The position numbers and the translations under genes are program-made. From positions 181,735-245,734 of the forward strand of contig OY969569.1 of the NCBI GenBank assembly GCA_963701185.1: 64,000 nucleotides of DNA. The letters are read 5' to 3'. The DNA comes from Candidatus Gottesmanbacteria bacterium (GTDB taxonomy: Bacteria > Patescibacteriota > Microgenomatia > UBA10105 > UBA927). The notes under the pieces were generated by a model, which saw only the letters and a program-made list of their open reading frames with translations, did not search any database and was not told where the DNA came from. This document shows positions 26,980 to 36,680 of this stretch, piece after piece (the stretch's first letter is position 1; each line of letters begins with the position of its first letter).

Positions 26980-27918
26980 ATGGCAGATCAAAAAACCAGT
27001 GTGGTTGCCGGAGGGGCAGGATTTATCGGATCGCACCTGTGCGACGCATTATTAAGGCTTGGCCACAAAGTCGTTTGCGTCGACAATCTTTTAACCGGTT
27101 CGGAAGAGAATATTGAAGAAGCAAAGAAAAACCCCGATTTTTCTTTTGTACGCCAGGATATTATTGTGAATGCTCCCGATATAAAAGCGGATTATATTTT
27201 TAATTTGGCCTCTCCCGCGTCTCCGGCCGATTTTAAAAATCTGGCTGAAGAAATCGCATTGGTCAATTCATGCGGAACCGTGAATATGCTTCGGCTGGCG
27301 AAATCTCACACCGCACGGTATCTTGAGGCCTCCACGTCAGAAGTATACGGAGAACCTAAAGAACATCCGCAGAAAGAAACCTACTGGGGGAATGTGAACC
27401 CCAACGGGGTGCGGTCCTGCTACGATGAGTCAAAGCGGTTTGCGGAGGCAATGACCATGGTCTATGTAAGGAAGTACGGCCTTGATGCCCGCATTATCCG
27501 GATATTCAACACCTACGGCCCGAGAATGCGTAAGGATGACGGGCGGGTCGTATCGAATTTTATTAATCAGGCGCTTGAAGGAAAACCACTGACCATATTC
27601 GGGCAGGGCACGCAAACCCGCTCATTCTGCTATGTTTCCGACCTTGTGGCAGGGATTCTTGCCGTCATGTTTGCAGACAATCTGAAGGGTGAAGTGTTTA
27701 ACCTCGGGAATCCCGAAGAATATACGGTGAAGGATCTTGCCCAAAAAGTGAAAGCAATGACCGGATCAGCATCCCCGATAACCTTTGAGGCGCTGCCGGA
27801 GGACGACCCGACCCAGCGGAAACCCGATATTACGAAGATAAAAACCGCACTGGGGTGGGAGCCGAAAATTTCCGTTGACGAAGGACTCAAAAAAACAATC
27901 GCGTTTTATAAACAATGA
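26980..27918 (+). CDS. uxs: UDP-glucuronate decarboxylase (UDP-xylose synthase)
   Basis: MADQKTSVVAGGAGFIGSHLCDALLRLGHKVVCVDNLLTGSEENI...ASPASPADFKNLAEEIALVNSCGTVNMLRLA...YDESKRFAEAMTMVY...FNTYGPRMRKDDGRVVSNFINQAL. These are UXS hallmark blocks (DNxxTG, YDEGKR, FNTYGPRM, RVVSNFI). The track ORF 26830 is an upstream read-through; the start is ATG 26980. Confidence 0.85.
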   Translation: MADQKTSVVAGGAGFIGSHLCDALLRLGHKVVCVDNLLTGSEENIEEAKKNPDFSFVRQDIIVNAPDIKADYIFNLASPASPADFKNLAEEIALVNSCGTVNMLRLAKSHTARYLEASTSEVYGEPKEHPQKETYWGNVNPNGVRSCYDESKRFAEAMTMVYVRKYGLDARIIRIFNTYGPRMRKDDGRVVSNFINQALEGKPLTIFGQGTQTRSFCYVSDLVAGILAVMFADNLKGEVFNLGNPEEYTVKDLAQKVKAMTGSASPITFEALPEDDPTQRKPDITKIKTALGWEPKISVDEGLKKTIAFYKQ

Positions 27919-28112
27919 AGCCGCAGGATGTAGGATTTCTTCTCGCGTTCATCGTTTTACTTTTTGTTAAAAAACCCCGCGTATTCCTGATTGCCGGCCT
28001 CATCAGCTGGGTTTTGGCGATTCCGCTGTTTGCCGCGTGGACGTTTTTTACGGCCGAGCGCCTGACGTGGTACGGCGCGGCATTCATCTTTGCTTCACTT
28101 CTGCTAAAATAA
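27915..28112 (+). CDS. possible small membrane protein (65 aa)
   Basis: MKPQDVGFLLAFIVLLFVKKPRVFLIAGLISWVLAIPLFAAWTFFTAERLTWYGAAFIFASLLLK has three hydrophobic stretches. It exactly fills the uxs-galE gap with 4-nt coupling on both sides. No homology support. Confidence 0.3.
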   Translation: MKPQDVGFLLAFIVLLFVKKPRVFLIAGLISWVLAIPLFAAWTFFTAERLTWYGAAFIFASLLLK

Positions 28113-28116
28113 ACTC

Positions 28117-29106
28117 ATGAAGGTACTTGTCACCGGAGGCGCGGGGTATATCGGCAGTAATATGGTGCGGCGGCTTTTATCACGCGGGCACACGCCTGTC
28201 GTCGTGGATTCCCTTGAGTACGGACACAAAGAAGCCATTCCTGCCGGCGTGCCTCTTTTTGTCGGCAATATCAAAGACAAAGAAACACTTGATCCGATTT
28301 TTTCCGAATATCACATTGAAGCCGTCCTCCATTTTGCCGGATATCTCATGGTGGAGGAATCCGTACGGGAGCCGATCAAGTACATGAAAAATAATATTAT
28401 TGCACCGATGACGCTTCTGGCCGTCATGCATGAGCACGGCGTTGATAAAATCATTTTTTCTTCCACGGCTGCCGTGTACGGAAATCCGACTCTTATCCCT
28501 ATTCCGGAGGGCCATGCCAAAAATCCCACGAGCCCCTACGGGCTTTCCAAGTGGTGTTTTGAGGAATTATTGCGGGTGACGGATTATCAGCATCATATCC
28601 GCAGCATCAGCCTGCGGTATTTTAATGCCTGCGGCGCATCATTGGCCGGATTGCACGGTGAGGCGCATAACCCGGAAACGCATATTATTCCGGTCGCGAT
28701 CGCGGCGGCCATGGGTGGCAAAAAAGAATTCTTGTTGTACGGCACCGATTATCCGACCCGTGACGGATCGTGCCTCCGGGACTATATCCACATTGAGGAT
28801 CTTGCGGAAGCCCATTTACTTGCGCTGGATGCCCTTGCGAAGGGCCATAAAACCGACGTGTATAATCTTGCAACGGGTGATGGGACGACAAATAAAGAAG
28901 TAGTTTCTGCGGTTAAAAAAATAACGGGTGCGGATTTTACCGTCCGGGAGTCGGCCCGCCGCCCCGGTGATCCGCACAGCCTGGTCGCCGATGCGACGCG
29001 GTTTAAAAAAGAATTTTCCTGGGAGCCGAAATACTCCGATATTGACACCATTGTCTCATCAGCATGGACATGGCACAAAAATCACCCCAACGGATATGGT
29101 GCGTAA
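28117..29106 (+). CDS. galE: UDP-glucose 4-epimerase
   Basis: MKVLVTGGAGYIGSNMVRRLLSRGH..VVVDSLEYGHKEA, FSSTAAVYG, PYGLSKWCFEEL (YxxxK), RYFNACGA, LYGTDYPTRDGSCLRDYIHIEDLAEAH are canonical GalE blocks. Confidence 0.9.
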   Translation: MKVLVTGGAGYIGSNMVRRLLSRGHTPVVVDSLEYGHKEAIPAGVPLFVGNIKDKETLDPIFSEYHIEAVLHFAGYLMVEESVREPIKYMKNNIIAPMTLLAVMHEHGVDKIIFSSTAAVYGNPTLIPIPEGHAKNPTSPYGLSKWCFEELLRVTDYQHHIRSISLRYFNACGASLAGLHGEAHNPETHIIPVAIAAAMGGKKEFLLYGTDYPTRDGSCLRDYIHIEDLAEAHLLALDALAKGHKTDVYNLATGDGTTNKEVVSAVKKITGADFTVRESARRPGDPHSLVADATRFKKEFSWEPKYSDIDTIVSSAWTWHKNHPNGYGA

Positions 29107-30655
29107 TATATACCGGAAATATCGAATTGTTTTTATTTTTGTTTTTTTACTCCTGACGTATTATTTCCTTTACAAAATCTATATTCCGAAAATCAATGCG
29201 TTCGGGTGTTTTGATGACTGTTTTAATTATGTGGGCGGATATTTTCTCGGCAAGGGCCGTCAGCTGTACTCACAAATTTACTTTAATCACATGCCGCTCA
29301 TGGCGTATGTGAGTTTCCTCGTTCAGCACTTCGGGAATCCGGTAAATATTTATGCCGTTGTTTTGCAGCACAGGCAGTTTTTACTGCTGTTTGGATTTAT
29401 GTTTAACGTTTTCCTGTGTTGGAGATTCGGGATAACCGGATTGGTATTTACGCTCATATACGAATTTTCAAAGTTTTACGTCTTTGGGGACAGGTTTTTG
29501 GCGGAAAGTTTTATCGTCTATCCGATGGTGTATCTTACCGGATTGGGCCTGCATACACTGGCTAAAAAGCGTATATATCATGCGGATATAATTTTGGCGG
29601 CCGTATGCCTCTGGTTTGTCGTCTTTATGCGGGAACCGTATGTTCTGGCTGCGGTATTTCTTTTTGCCGTGATCATCCGGACCGTATGGTTCAAAAAGAT
29701 CAGCTTTATCGCCATCGGCGTGTTTTTGGTCCTTACCGCGGGTTTATTCACGTTATTCCCCCTACGTGATTTTATCTACAACGTTGTTACCATTAATGCA
29801 CAAAGGGGATTGCCCGGCGAGCTCTCGGCGGGAAATTTTTTCGGAAGCGGTATTGTCAAATCATTTTTTTACCCGGCCTATCTTCTTGTCGCAGGCACAT
29901 GGAATGATTTCCGTTTCCAGCTGATATCTATAAGTATTCTATTTTTTGTATCCGCGTTCGTATGGATCAAAGCAAAGAAAAACCTGTGGGTACTAGGATT
30001 TCTTTTTATTGCCTTGGGTCTGGCTAATCTCCGGCCGACAATACCGGGTCTGCAGTATTTTGAAGCGTTTCATCAGATGAACTGGTACGGCATGTTTTTG
30101 TTTTCTTCTTTGTATCTTTTGTATGAAAGCATGCGGGAAGTACGTAAGCGATATGTTTCTTTCATCATTACGGGATTGTTGCTAGTATTCGTATTGTTTT
30201 CACCGCGGTCTTTTATCTATCAAAAAACAGATGAACACACCGAATTTATAACCAATTACGGAAAGTATTTACAGATAGGAGAAGTTATAAAAGCGATTAC
30301 TACTCCTCGACAGACGCTGTTTACGAACGGATCAGAAGAATTTCTGTATATTGCATCAGGGAGAAATTCTTTCTATCCGTTTTCGTTTTATTACCCGTCG
30401 CAATTTAAAGATAAATATTTTTACGCAGCAGAGGATATGTTTCTCCGCAATCCTCCTGATATCGTGTACGATTTTTGTTCTCCGGATGCGCCCGTCTATC
30501 CGCATCTTCCCGAACAGGTTCTGCCCATGTATGTACAGTGGTATTCAGAAGGTAAACCGACGTGCCTCTATATGAAAAAATCCTTAGTGCCGGGTTTAAC
30601 GGAGGGGCAGCGAGCCAAAGCAATGGAGTTTTTGTATTATTTGCCTGAAAAATGA
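29096..30655 (+). CDS. polytopic membrane protein (unassigned; glycan-processing locus member)
   Basis: The track ORF 28928 overlaps galE. The first ATG in frame after the galE C-terminal region is 29096 (MVRNIYRKYRIVFIFVFLLLTYYF...). There are about 11 TM helices, then a soluble C-terminal roughly 130 aa. No diagnostic motif. Confidence 0.45.
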   Translation: MVRNIYRKYRIVFIFVFLLLTYYFLYKIYIPKINAFGCFDDCFNYVGGYFLGKGRQLYSQIYFNHMPLMAYVSFLVQHFGNPVNIYAVVLQHRQFLLLFGFMFNVFLCWRFGITGLVFTLIYEFSKFYVFGDRFLAESFIVYPMVYLTGLGLHTLAKKRIYHADIILAAVCLWFVVFMREPYVLAAVFLFAVIIRTVWFKKISFIAIGVFLVLTAGLFTLFPLRDFIYNVVTINAQRGLPGELSAGNFFGSGIVKSFFYPAYLLVAGTWNDFRFQLISISILFFVSAFVWIKAKKNLWVLGFLFIALGLANLRPTIPGLQYFEAFHQMNWYGMFLFSSLYLLYESMREVRKRYVSFIITGLLLVFVLFSPRSFIYQKTDEHTEFITNYGKYLQIGEVIKAITTPRQTLFTNGSEEFLYIASGRNSFYPFSFYYPSQFKDKYFYAAEDMFLRNPPDIVYDFCSPDAPVYPHLPEQVLPMYVQWYSEGKPTCLYMKKSLVPGLTEGQRAKAMEFLYYLPEK

Positions 30656-30667
30656 GATGATATACCT

Positions 30668-31204
30668 ATGCGTATTGGAATAGACATAAGCCAGATCGTG
30701 CATGAAAGAACAGGGGTAGGCACCTATGTGCGCGAGATGGTATCGTCAATGCTGCGGATAGATACAGAGAATGACTATGTGTTGTTCGGAGCTTCAGTGA
30801 GGAAAAGACATATATTTCAATCGTTTTATGCCTCACTTCCCCGCGAGCGGGTTCGGTTGGTCACCCTTCCTTTTCCGCCGATCGTTCTTGATATTCTCTG
30901 GAACCGTTTGCATATTGTACCGGTTGAATGGTTTATCGGAGCCGTTGACGTGTTCTGGTCAAGTGATTGGACGCAGCCTCCCCTTCGGCAAGCTCAGGGC
31001 GTCACCACCGTTCATGATCTTTCGACCATGCTGTTTCCGAAGGAAATGGATGCAGGTATCGTCGCCACACACAAACGGCGTTTAGAATGGGTGAGGAAGG
31101 AATGCAGGGCGATTTTCTGCGACAGCGAGTCTACGAAAAAAGATATTGTAAAACTATTACATATTTCTAAAGAAAAACTACATGTTATCTATCCTGGAAT
31201 ATGA
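30668..31204 (+). pseudogene. GT4 glycosyltransferase N-terminal domain only (truncated copy)
   Basis: MRIGIDISQIVHERTGVGTYVREMVSSML...VIYPGI stops where GT4 enzymes normally continue into the linker and nucleotide-binding domain. It is paralogous to the N-termini of 31201..32310 ([20 protein letters not shown]...) and 40630..41151 (MKIGIDARLMFETGVGRY...). Its stop overlaps the start of a complete GT4 (ATGA). Confidence 0.45.
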
Positions 31205-32310
31205 ATATTGGAATAGACGGGTATGAAGCAAATGTCGTCCGGCGCGTCGGGATAGGGCGTATTGCTCATGAAACGATAAAGGGCATGTATGCTATTCTCA
31301 AAAAAGAATCCAAAAGAACCGTCAACGTGATCGTTTTTTTACCGACCCCGCCGATGCCCGATATGCCTGCCCAAACTGATTGGTGGCACTACCGAGTGGT
31401 GGGCCCGAAGAAATTATGGACGTTTATCGGATTACCCCTGGCGATGAGGCGGGAGAACCTTGACGTTATGTTCTCACCGACGCATTATATTCCGAGGTTT
31501 ACGGCTATCCCCCGCGTCATGTCCATTATGGACCTGTCGTACCTCAAATTTCCCCAGCTCTTTAAGCCCAAAGATCTCTACCAGCTTACCCGGTGGACGG
31601 CATATTCGGCGGCGCACGCCAAAAAGATTTTTACGATAAGTGAGGCCAGCAAAAATGATATAATCAAAGAATATCACGTACCGGATGATAAGGTCGTTGT
31701 GACCTATCCCGGATTCACTATGGGAGACGCATCGGATATTCCGGATAAGTACCATATCAGCCGTAATTACATTCTTTCGGTGGGAACGATCCAGCCCCGG
31801 AAAAACTATACGAGATTAATCGAAGCCTTCAGTCTGTTTTTGAAGCAAAACCGACAGAAATTTTCCGATCTTCATCTGGTCATCATCGGGAAAAAAGGCT
31901 GGCTCTATGAGGATATTCTTGCGGCTCCGAAAAAGTTCGGCGTGGAAGACAGGGTAAAATTTCTGGATTTTGTGCCGGACGGAGACCTCCCGTCTTTTTA
32001 CCGGCACGCTCTTTGTTTTGCCTTGCCGAGCCTGTACGAAGGGTTCGGATTGCCGGTTCTGGAAGCGATGGCGTACAAATGTCCCGTGGTGGTTTCGAAT
32101 GTTTCCAGCCTGCCGGAGATTGCGGGGAAAGCAGGAATTTATGTGGATGCGGGGAGCGCCCAAAGTATCGCCGGCGGACTTCTGACTGCCGTCCGGCAGA
32201 GAAATTTGATACAGGGTAAGCAGAGGGTGAATGCGGGACTTGCCCAAATGAAAAAGTTTACCTGGGAAAAGGCGGCCAGACAAACGTTGGAGGTACTCGA
32301 AAACATATGA
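31201..32310 (+). CDS. GT4 (GT-B) glycosyltransferase, complete
   Basis: N-terminal domain, then [20 protein letters not shown]...[30 protein letters not shown] (E-x7-E motif region). Confidence 0.8.
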   Translation: MNIGIDGYEANVVRRVGIGRIAHETIKGMYAILKKESKRTVNVIVFLPTPPMPDMPAQTDWWHYRVVGPKKLWTFIGLPLAMRRENLDVMFSPTHYIPRFTAIPRVMSIMDLSYLKFPQLFKPKDLYQLTRWTAYSAAHAKKIFTISEASKNDIIKEYHVPDDKVVVTYPGFTMGDASDIPDKYHISRNYILSVGTIQPRKNYTRLIEAFSLFLKQNRQKFSDLHLVIIGKKGWLYEDILAAPKKFGVEDRVKFLDFVPDGDLPSFYRHALCFALPSLYEGFGLPVLEAMAYKCPVVVSNVSSLPEIAGKAGIYVDAGSAQSIAGGLLTAVRQRNLIQGKQRVNAGLAQMKKFTWEKAARQTLEVLENI

Positions 32311-32870
32311 GATGCTTGATTGATTTTTGGGTGTATTGCTGTACGCTGGCAGGCTACATTCCGAGCCATACGGTCAGGCTGTTTTTGTACCGGACTCTCT
32401 ATCGGGTGAAAATCGGCAGGGATTCTTCCATTCATTGGCGATGTGAATTTAACCAGCCGGCAGGCGTGGAAATAGGGCATAACACGATCATCGGCAATGA
32501 TGCATTTTTGGATGGGCGGATGAAGCATTTTATGACCTACCGGAAAGAACATGGCCGTCCCTTAAAAATCGGAAACAACGTATCGATTGCCGGCGAGGTG
32601 CGGATTTATACCATGGAACATGATATCGACTCTCCTGATTTTGCCGAGGTGGGAGCGCCGGTTCTTATAGAAGATTACGTCGTTATCGGCACACGGGTCA
32701 CGATTTTGCCCGGTGTCCGTATCGGGAAAGGTGCAGTTGTTGCATCAGGCGCGGTGGTCACCGGTGACGTGGGAGACTATGAGGTCGTCGGTGGCGTACC
32801 GGCAAAATTGATTAAAACAAGAAATAAAAATCTCACCTATACACTCAAATTCGCCCGATTATTTCAATAA
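32307..32870 (+). CDS. left-handed beta-helix (hexapeptide-repeat) sugar O-acetyltransferase
   Basis: [16 protein letters not shown]...[25 protein letters not shown]...[48 protein letters not shown] is WcaF/WbbJ-like. Confidence 0.75.
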   Translation: MRCLIDFWVYCCTLAGYIPSHTVRLFLYRTLYRVKIGRDSSIHWRCEFNQPAGVEIGHNTIIGNDAFLDGRMKHFMTYRKEHGRPLKIGNNVSIAGEVRIYTMEHDIDSPDFAEVGAPVLIEDYVVIGTRVTILPGVRIGKGAVVASGAVVTGDVGDYEVVGGVPAKLIKTRNKNLTYTLKFARLFQ

Positions 32871-33739
32871 TGGACCTCTCTATTATTATTCCTAGTTTTA
32901 ACACAAAACACCTGACCGGCCGGTGTCTGCGGTCGATTATTGAAACGCTGAAACGTTCAAAACTAGCCTATGAAATCATCGTTGTGGATAACGCGTCCCA
33001 CGACGGTTCTGTTGAGATGTTGAATACGCAATTTCCTCAAGTAATAAAAATACTCAATAAGGAAAATTTGGGGTATGGCACCGCCAATAATATGGGTCTT
33101 CATATAGCCAAGGGTACATATGCTCTTATGCTCAACTCTGATATAGACGCTTTAAACGATTCTCTGGAACGGTTATTTGCGTTTGCGAAGTCGCATCCGA
33201 AGTCATTTGTCGGCGGGAAGCTTTATAACGAAGACGGATCGCTACAGCCTTCCTGCGGACCCATGTTTACCATCTGGTACGTATTTCTCATGCTTTTTTG
33301 TCAGGCAGACAAGCTTTCCATTACGCGGTATTCTCCGAATCAGGCAAGACGCGTTGGGTGGGTGTCCGGTGCGTGTTTATTAGGGAAGAGAGATTCTTTT
33401 TATGACGCGGGGCTTTTTGATCAGGGAATTTTCATGTATATGGACGAGATTGAATTTTTGTACCGGGCGGGGCGTAAGGGATATAAAGTTTTTTTCACGC
33501 CGCAGGCACGGTTTATCCATACGGGGGCCGCATCCAGCGGCAATTTCCGGGCACCTGTGAAGAATATTTTCCGGGGCCTTATATACTTCTACCGTAAGCA
33601 CCGAACGCCGGCGGAGGTATCTGTGTTAAAATTTATGTTGATGGTGAAAGCATGGATTTCAATCAGAGTAGGCAGAATCCTCGAAAAACCGGACCTGGTC
33701 ACGATATATGAAGAAGGCCTTACATTGGTTAATCAGTAA
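32870..33739 (+). CDS. family 2 glycosyltransferase
   Basis: LSIIIPSFNTKHLTGRCLRSI...EIIVVDNASHDGS...ENLGYGTANNMGLHIAKGTYALMLNSDIDA. Confidence 0.8.
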   Translation: MDLSIIIPSFNTKHLTGRCLRSIIETLKRSKLAYEIIVVDNASHDGSVEMLNTQFPQVIKILNKENLGYGTANNMGLHIAKGTYALMLNSDIDALNDSLERLFAFAKSHPKSFVGGKLYNEDGSLQPSCGPMFTIWYVFLMLFCQADKLSITRYSPNQARRVGWVSGACLLGKRDSFYDAGLFDQGIFMYMDEIEFLYRAGRKGYKVFFTPQARFIHTGAASSGNFRAPVKNIFRGLIYFYRKHRTPAEVSVLKFMLMVKAWISIRVGRILEKPDLVTIYEEGLTLVNQ

Positions 33740-36680
33740 TATCAGCGGACTTGCCGTATTGTTTTTCTTGGCGTTCATTCCGCTCTATCCGAAAGTGCCG
33801 CTTATTAATGTTATCCGGACGTTTGTGTATATACGGCTGGAAGATTTCCTTGTAGCCGTGGCAATCGCCGCGTATATTGTCCTGCGTATCCGGCAGCGGC
33901 AGCTTCCTAAAACGCCGCTCACGTGGCCCATTCTCCTGTATTGGGGCATCGGCGCCGCGTCGGCCATATTTTCCATTCTGTTCATCGGCCCGAAGCTCAT
34001 GGGCTATTTTCCCCATCTGGTTATTCTGCATTATCTCCGGCGCATAGAATACATGATGCTTTTTTTCATGGCGTTTGACGTCGTGAGCAAAAAAAAATCA
34101 TTCATGACTGCGGTTGTCTGGACGCTGGCTGCTACGACATTTGCCATTATTATCCACGGACTCGGCCAGAAATTTTTCGGCTGGCCGGCATTTTTGACAA
34201 TGAACGAAGAGTTTGCCAAAGGATTACCGCTCCGGCTTCCGCCGACGGCACGGATTCCTTCCACGTTCGCGGGGCATTATGATCTGGCTGCATTCGTTGT
34301 TCTGACGGTACCGATACTGGCCGCCGTCACATTTGCCGCAAAGAAAATCTGGCACAAAGCCGTGTTTTTCTTTTTATCGGTCGGATCGCTGGTCATGCTG
34401 TTTTTGACGCAATCACGGACTTCGTTTCTCGTATATCTTGTGGGAATAAGCTGTATGCTGTTCTGGTATAAGAAGAAGTGGTTTATTATTCCTGTTATTA
34501 TTGCCAGCTTTTTCCTGCTGAATTTTTTCAACGGCGCATCGGACAGATTTTATAAAACCTTCCGGTATAACGACGTTATTGTCGATTTATCGACAGGAAA
34601 ACCCGTCGGAACGCTGGCGTCTCTTGAAGGAACAACCGCCGTTATCCAGAAATCCCAGTCACCGGCTGTCGAAAATCTGCCGACGGGGAGCCAGTATATA
34701 GGGCTCCCGCCATCAGCTTCGTCTGCAGGACAGGTGAAAACAATTGCATATACAAGCGTGGGACTTACAGGCGGCACCGGGGAAATTGCCACGGTATCGG
34801 GAAGCTTCCTTATCCAAAAGGCGCTCGTCTACGATATTTCCATCACCACGCGGCTGCAGGGCGAATGGCCCATGGCAATGACGGCATTCAAACGGAATAT
34901 TTTGTTAGGCAGCGGCTACTCGACGCTGTCGGTGGCTTCAGACGGCGATTATGTCCGCATGCTCGGGGAGACCGGTCTAGTGGGTACGGTAAGCTTTTTA
35001 GGAATACTGCTTGCGGCCTACACGGTATTTCTCAAAAGGAAAGACAAACTTGACGGTATAGAAAAAGCCTTTGTTGTCGGCGTATTCGCGGGATTAACAG
35101 GCCTCATGTTCAACGGAATTCTTATAGATGTGTTTGAAGCGTCGAAGGTAGCATTCATCCTGTGGCTTCTTCTGGGAGTCGCCATGGCTTTGTTATCTGC
35201 AGACGCGATGACCTTACCCGGTTATTTCAGACTGCTTAAGAATGCATTAACGTCCAACACCGCGTATCTTATGTACTTATTTGTCGCGGGAATCGTCCTG
35301 TTCGGATCCTCCGTCTCCGACTATTTTATTGCGGACGATTTTACCTGGCTTAAATGGGCGGCAAGCTCATCGTTTGCGGATGTAGCTAAATATTTTACGG
35401 ATGCGGGAGGATTTTTCTACCGCCCTATCCCGAAGCTGCTGTATTTTGCACTGTATGCAATCTTTTGGCTCAAACCGGAGGGATATCATGTTGTTTCCAT
35501 CCTTCTCTATGGGTTGGTATCGCACCTTGTGTATCTTGTCATGAGGGAGACGAACGTGAAACGGACAATCGCTCTTGCCGCGGCGGTCCTGTTTACCGTA
35601 CTTTCCGTCCATCACGAAAATGTGTTCTGGATTTCCGGACTGAGCAGTCTATTGTCCGCAGTGTTTCTTTTTGGCGCAGTTCTTGGATATTTCAGGATGC
35701 AGCAATATTCCGGATGGAAGAAAAATGTTCTTGCCGCCGCCGCCGTAATTCTCATGGTCCTTTCGATGTTTTCGTACGACGGGATGATTATTGCGCCTGT
35801 CATTGTATTCATTGTGGCACGGAAGAAAAATTTGTTTGCATTTCTCCCGTTTTTGGCAATCCCGTTCTATTGGATGCTCCGTACGTGGGCAGGCTCTGTG
35901 CCGCCGTCGGGGGATTATGGATATAAGCTGTCAGCATTGCCGTTTAACATCGCCGGCAACGGTGTCGGATATTTCCTCGGGACATTTGCGGGACCGAGAT
36001 TTTTCGAGTTTTGGAGTGTGGCGCGTGAGTTTCTCCGTAGCCGCTGGCTCGTGGCGGGACTTGGCGGATCGGTAATTGCCGCCTCACTGGTTTTTGTTTT
36101 ATTCAAAATGAAGAACGTATTGTCCGTATACAGAACCCCGGTCATGTGGTTTGTCTGCGGCATCGTATCACTGGGTGCCTATCTGGGACTGGGCAATATG
36201 AGCGAGCGGTACGTACTTGCCGCCAGCGGCTTTTTTGTGGCAGGGGTAGGTTCATGGATTTCGATCGTGTGGGAGTTAGAAGGGCGGCGCGTCCTGAAAT
36301 ATGCGGCAATCGCCGGACTTTCCGGTCTTATTATCTGGAATGTAGCGGAGGTAGGACGGGTTGCCGGCGATTGGAAGAAAGCAAGCGCGGTTTCCCAGGA
36401 AACGCTTTCCATTATGAGCACGCAGTTTTTCCCGCTGCGGGAGAATAAAAGCTTTATCTTTATCGGTACACCGATCCGGTACGGCCGCGCATGGGTATTT
36501 CCCACGGGACTTGCCGATCCGTTGTGGCATATATTCCGTTTTAATCCGTGGGCGTACATAACAACAAACGTGTCCTCGCCCGAAGCCGCCTACAGCATGC
36601 CGACCCCCCCGGGGTTTTCTCCTGAAATATTTATTTTTGAAAATTACGAACTGAAACGGCTTGTGAAAGTGGAGAAATAA
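33708..36680 (+). CDS. fusion membrane protein: O-antigen ligase/polymerase-like (Wzy_C) domain + GT-C (ArnT/PMT_2-like) domain
   Basis: The N-terminal half has multi-TM with LFLTQSRTSFLVYLVGIS and ILLGSGYSTL..DGDYVRMLGETGLVG, the O-antigen-ligase loop signatures. The C-terminal half has FFYRPIPKLLYFALYAIFWLKPEGYHVVSILLYGLVSHLVYLV (PMT_2/ArnT-like N-terminal motif) plus more than 8 further TMs. The length is 990 aa. Confidence 0.6.
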   Translation: MKKALHWLISNISGLAVLFFLAFIPLYPKVPLINVIRTFVYIRLEDFLVAVAIAAYIVLRIRQRQLPKTPLTWPILLYWGIGAASAIFSILFIGPKLMGYFPHLVILHYLRRIEYMMLFFMAFDVVSKKKSFMTAVVWTLAATTFAIIIHGLGQKFFGWPAFLTMNEEFAKGLPLRLPPTARIPSTFAGHYDLAAFVVLTVPILAAVTFAAKKIWHKAVFFFLSVGSLVMLFLTQSRTSFLVYLVGISCMLFWYKKKWFIIPVIIASFFLLNFFNGASDRFYKTFRYNDVIVDLSTGKPVGTLASLEGTTAVIQKSQSPAVENLPTGSQYIGLPPSASSAGQVKTIAYTSVGLTGGTGEIATVSGSFLIQKALVYDISITTRLQGEWPMAMTAFKRNILLGSGYSTLSVASDGDYVRMLGETGLVGTVSFLGILLAAYTVFLKRKDKLDGIEKAFVVGVFAGLTGLMFNGILIDVFEASKVAFILWLLLGVAMALLSADAMTLPGYFRLLKNALTSNTAYLMYLFVAGIVLFGSSVSDYFIADDFTWLKWAASSSFADVAKYFTDAGGFFYRPIPKLLYFALYAIFWLKPEGYHVVSILLYGLVSHLVYLVMRETNVKRTIALAAAVLFTVLSVHHENVFWISGLSSLLSAVFLFGAVLGYFRMQQYSGWKKNVLAAAAVILMVLSMFSYDGMIIAPVIVFIVARKKNLFAFLPFLAIPFYWMLRTWAGSVPPSGDYGYKLSALPFNIAGNGVGYFLGTFAGPRFFEFWSVAREFLRSRWLVAGLGGSVIAASLVFVLFKMKNVLSVYRTPVMWFVCGIVSLGAYLGLGNMSERYVLAASGFFVAGVGSWISIVWELEGRRVLKYAAIAGLSGLIIWNVAEVGRVAGDWKKASAVSQETLSIMSTQFFPLRENKSFIFIGTPIRYGRAWVFPTGLADPLWHIFRFNPWAYITTNVSSPEAAYSMPTPPGFSPEIFIFENYELKRLVKVEK

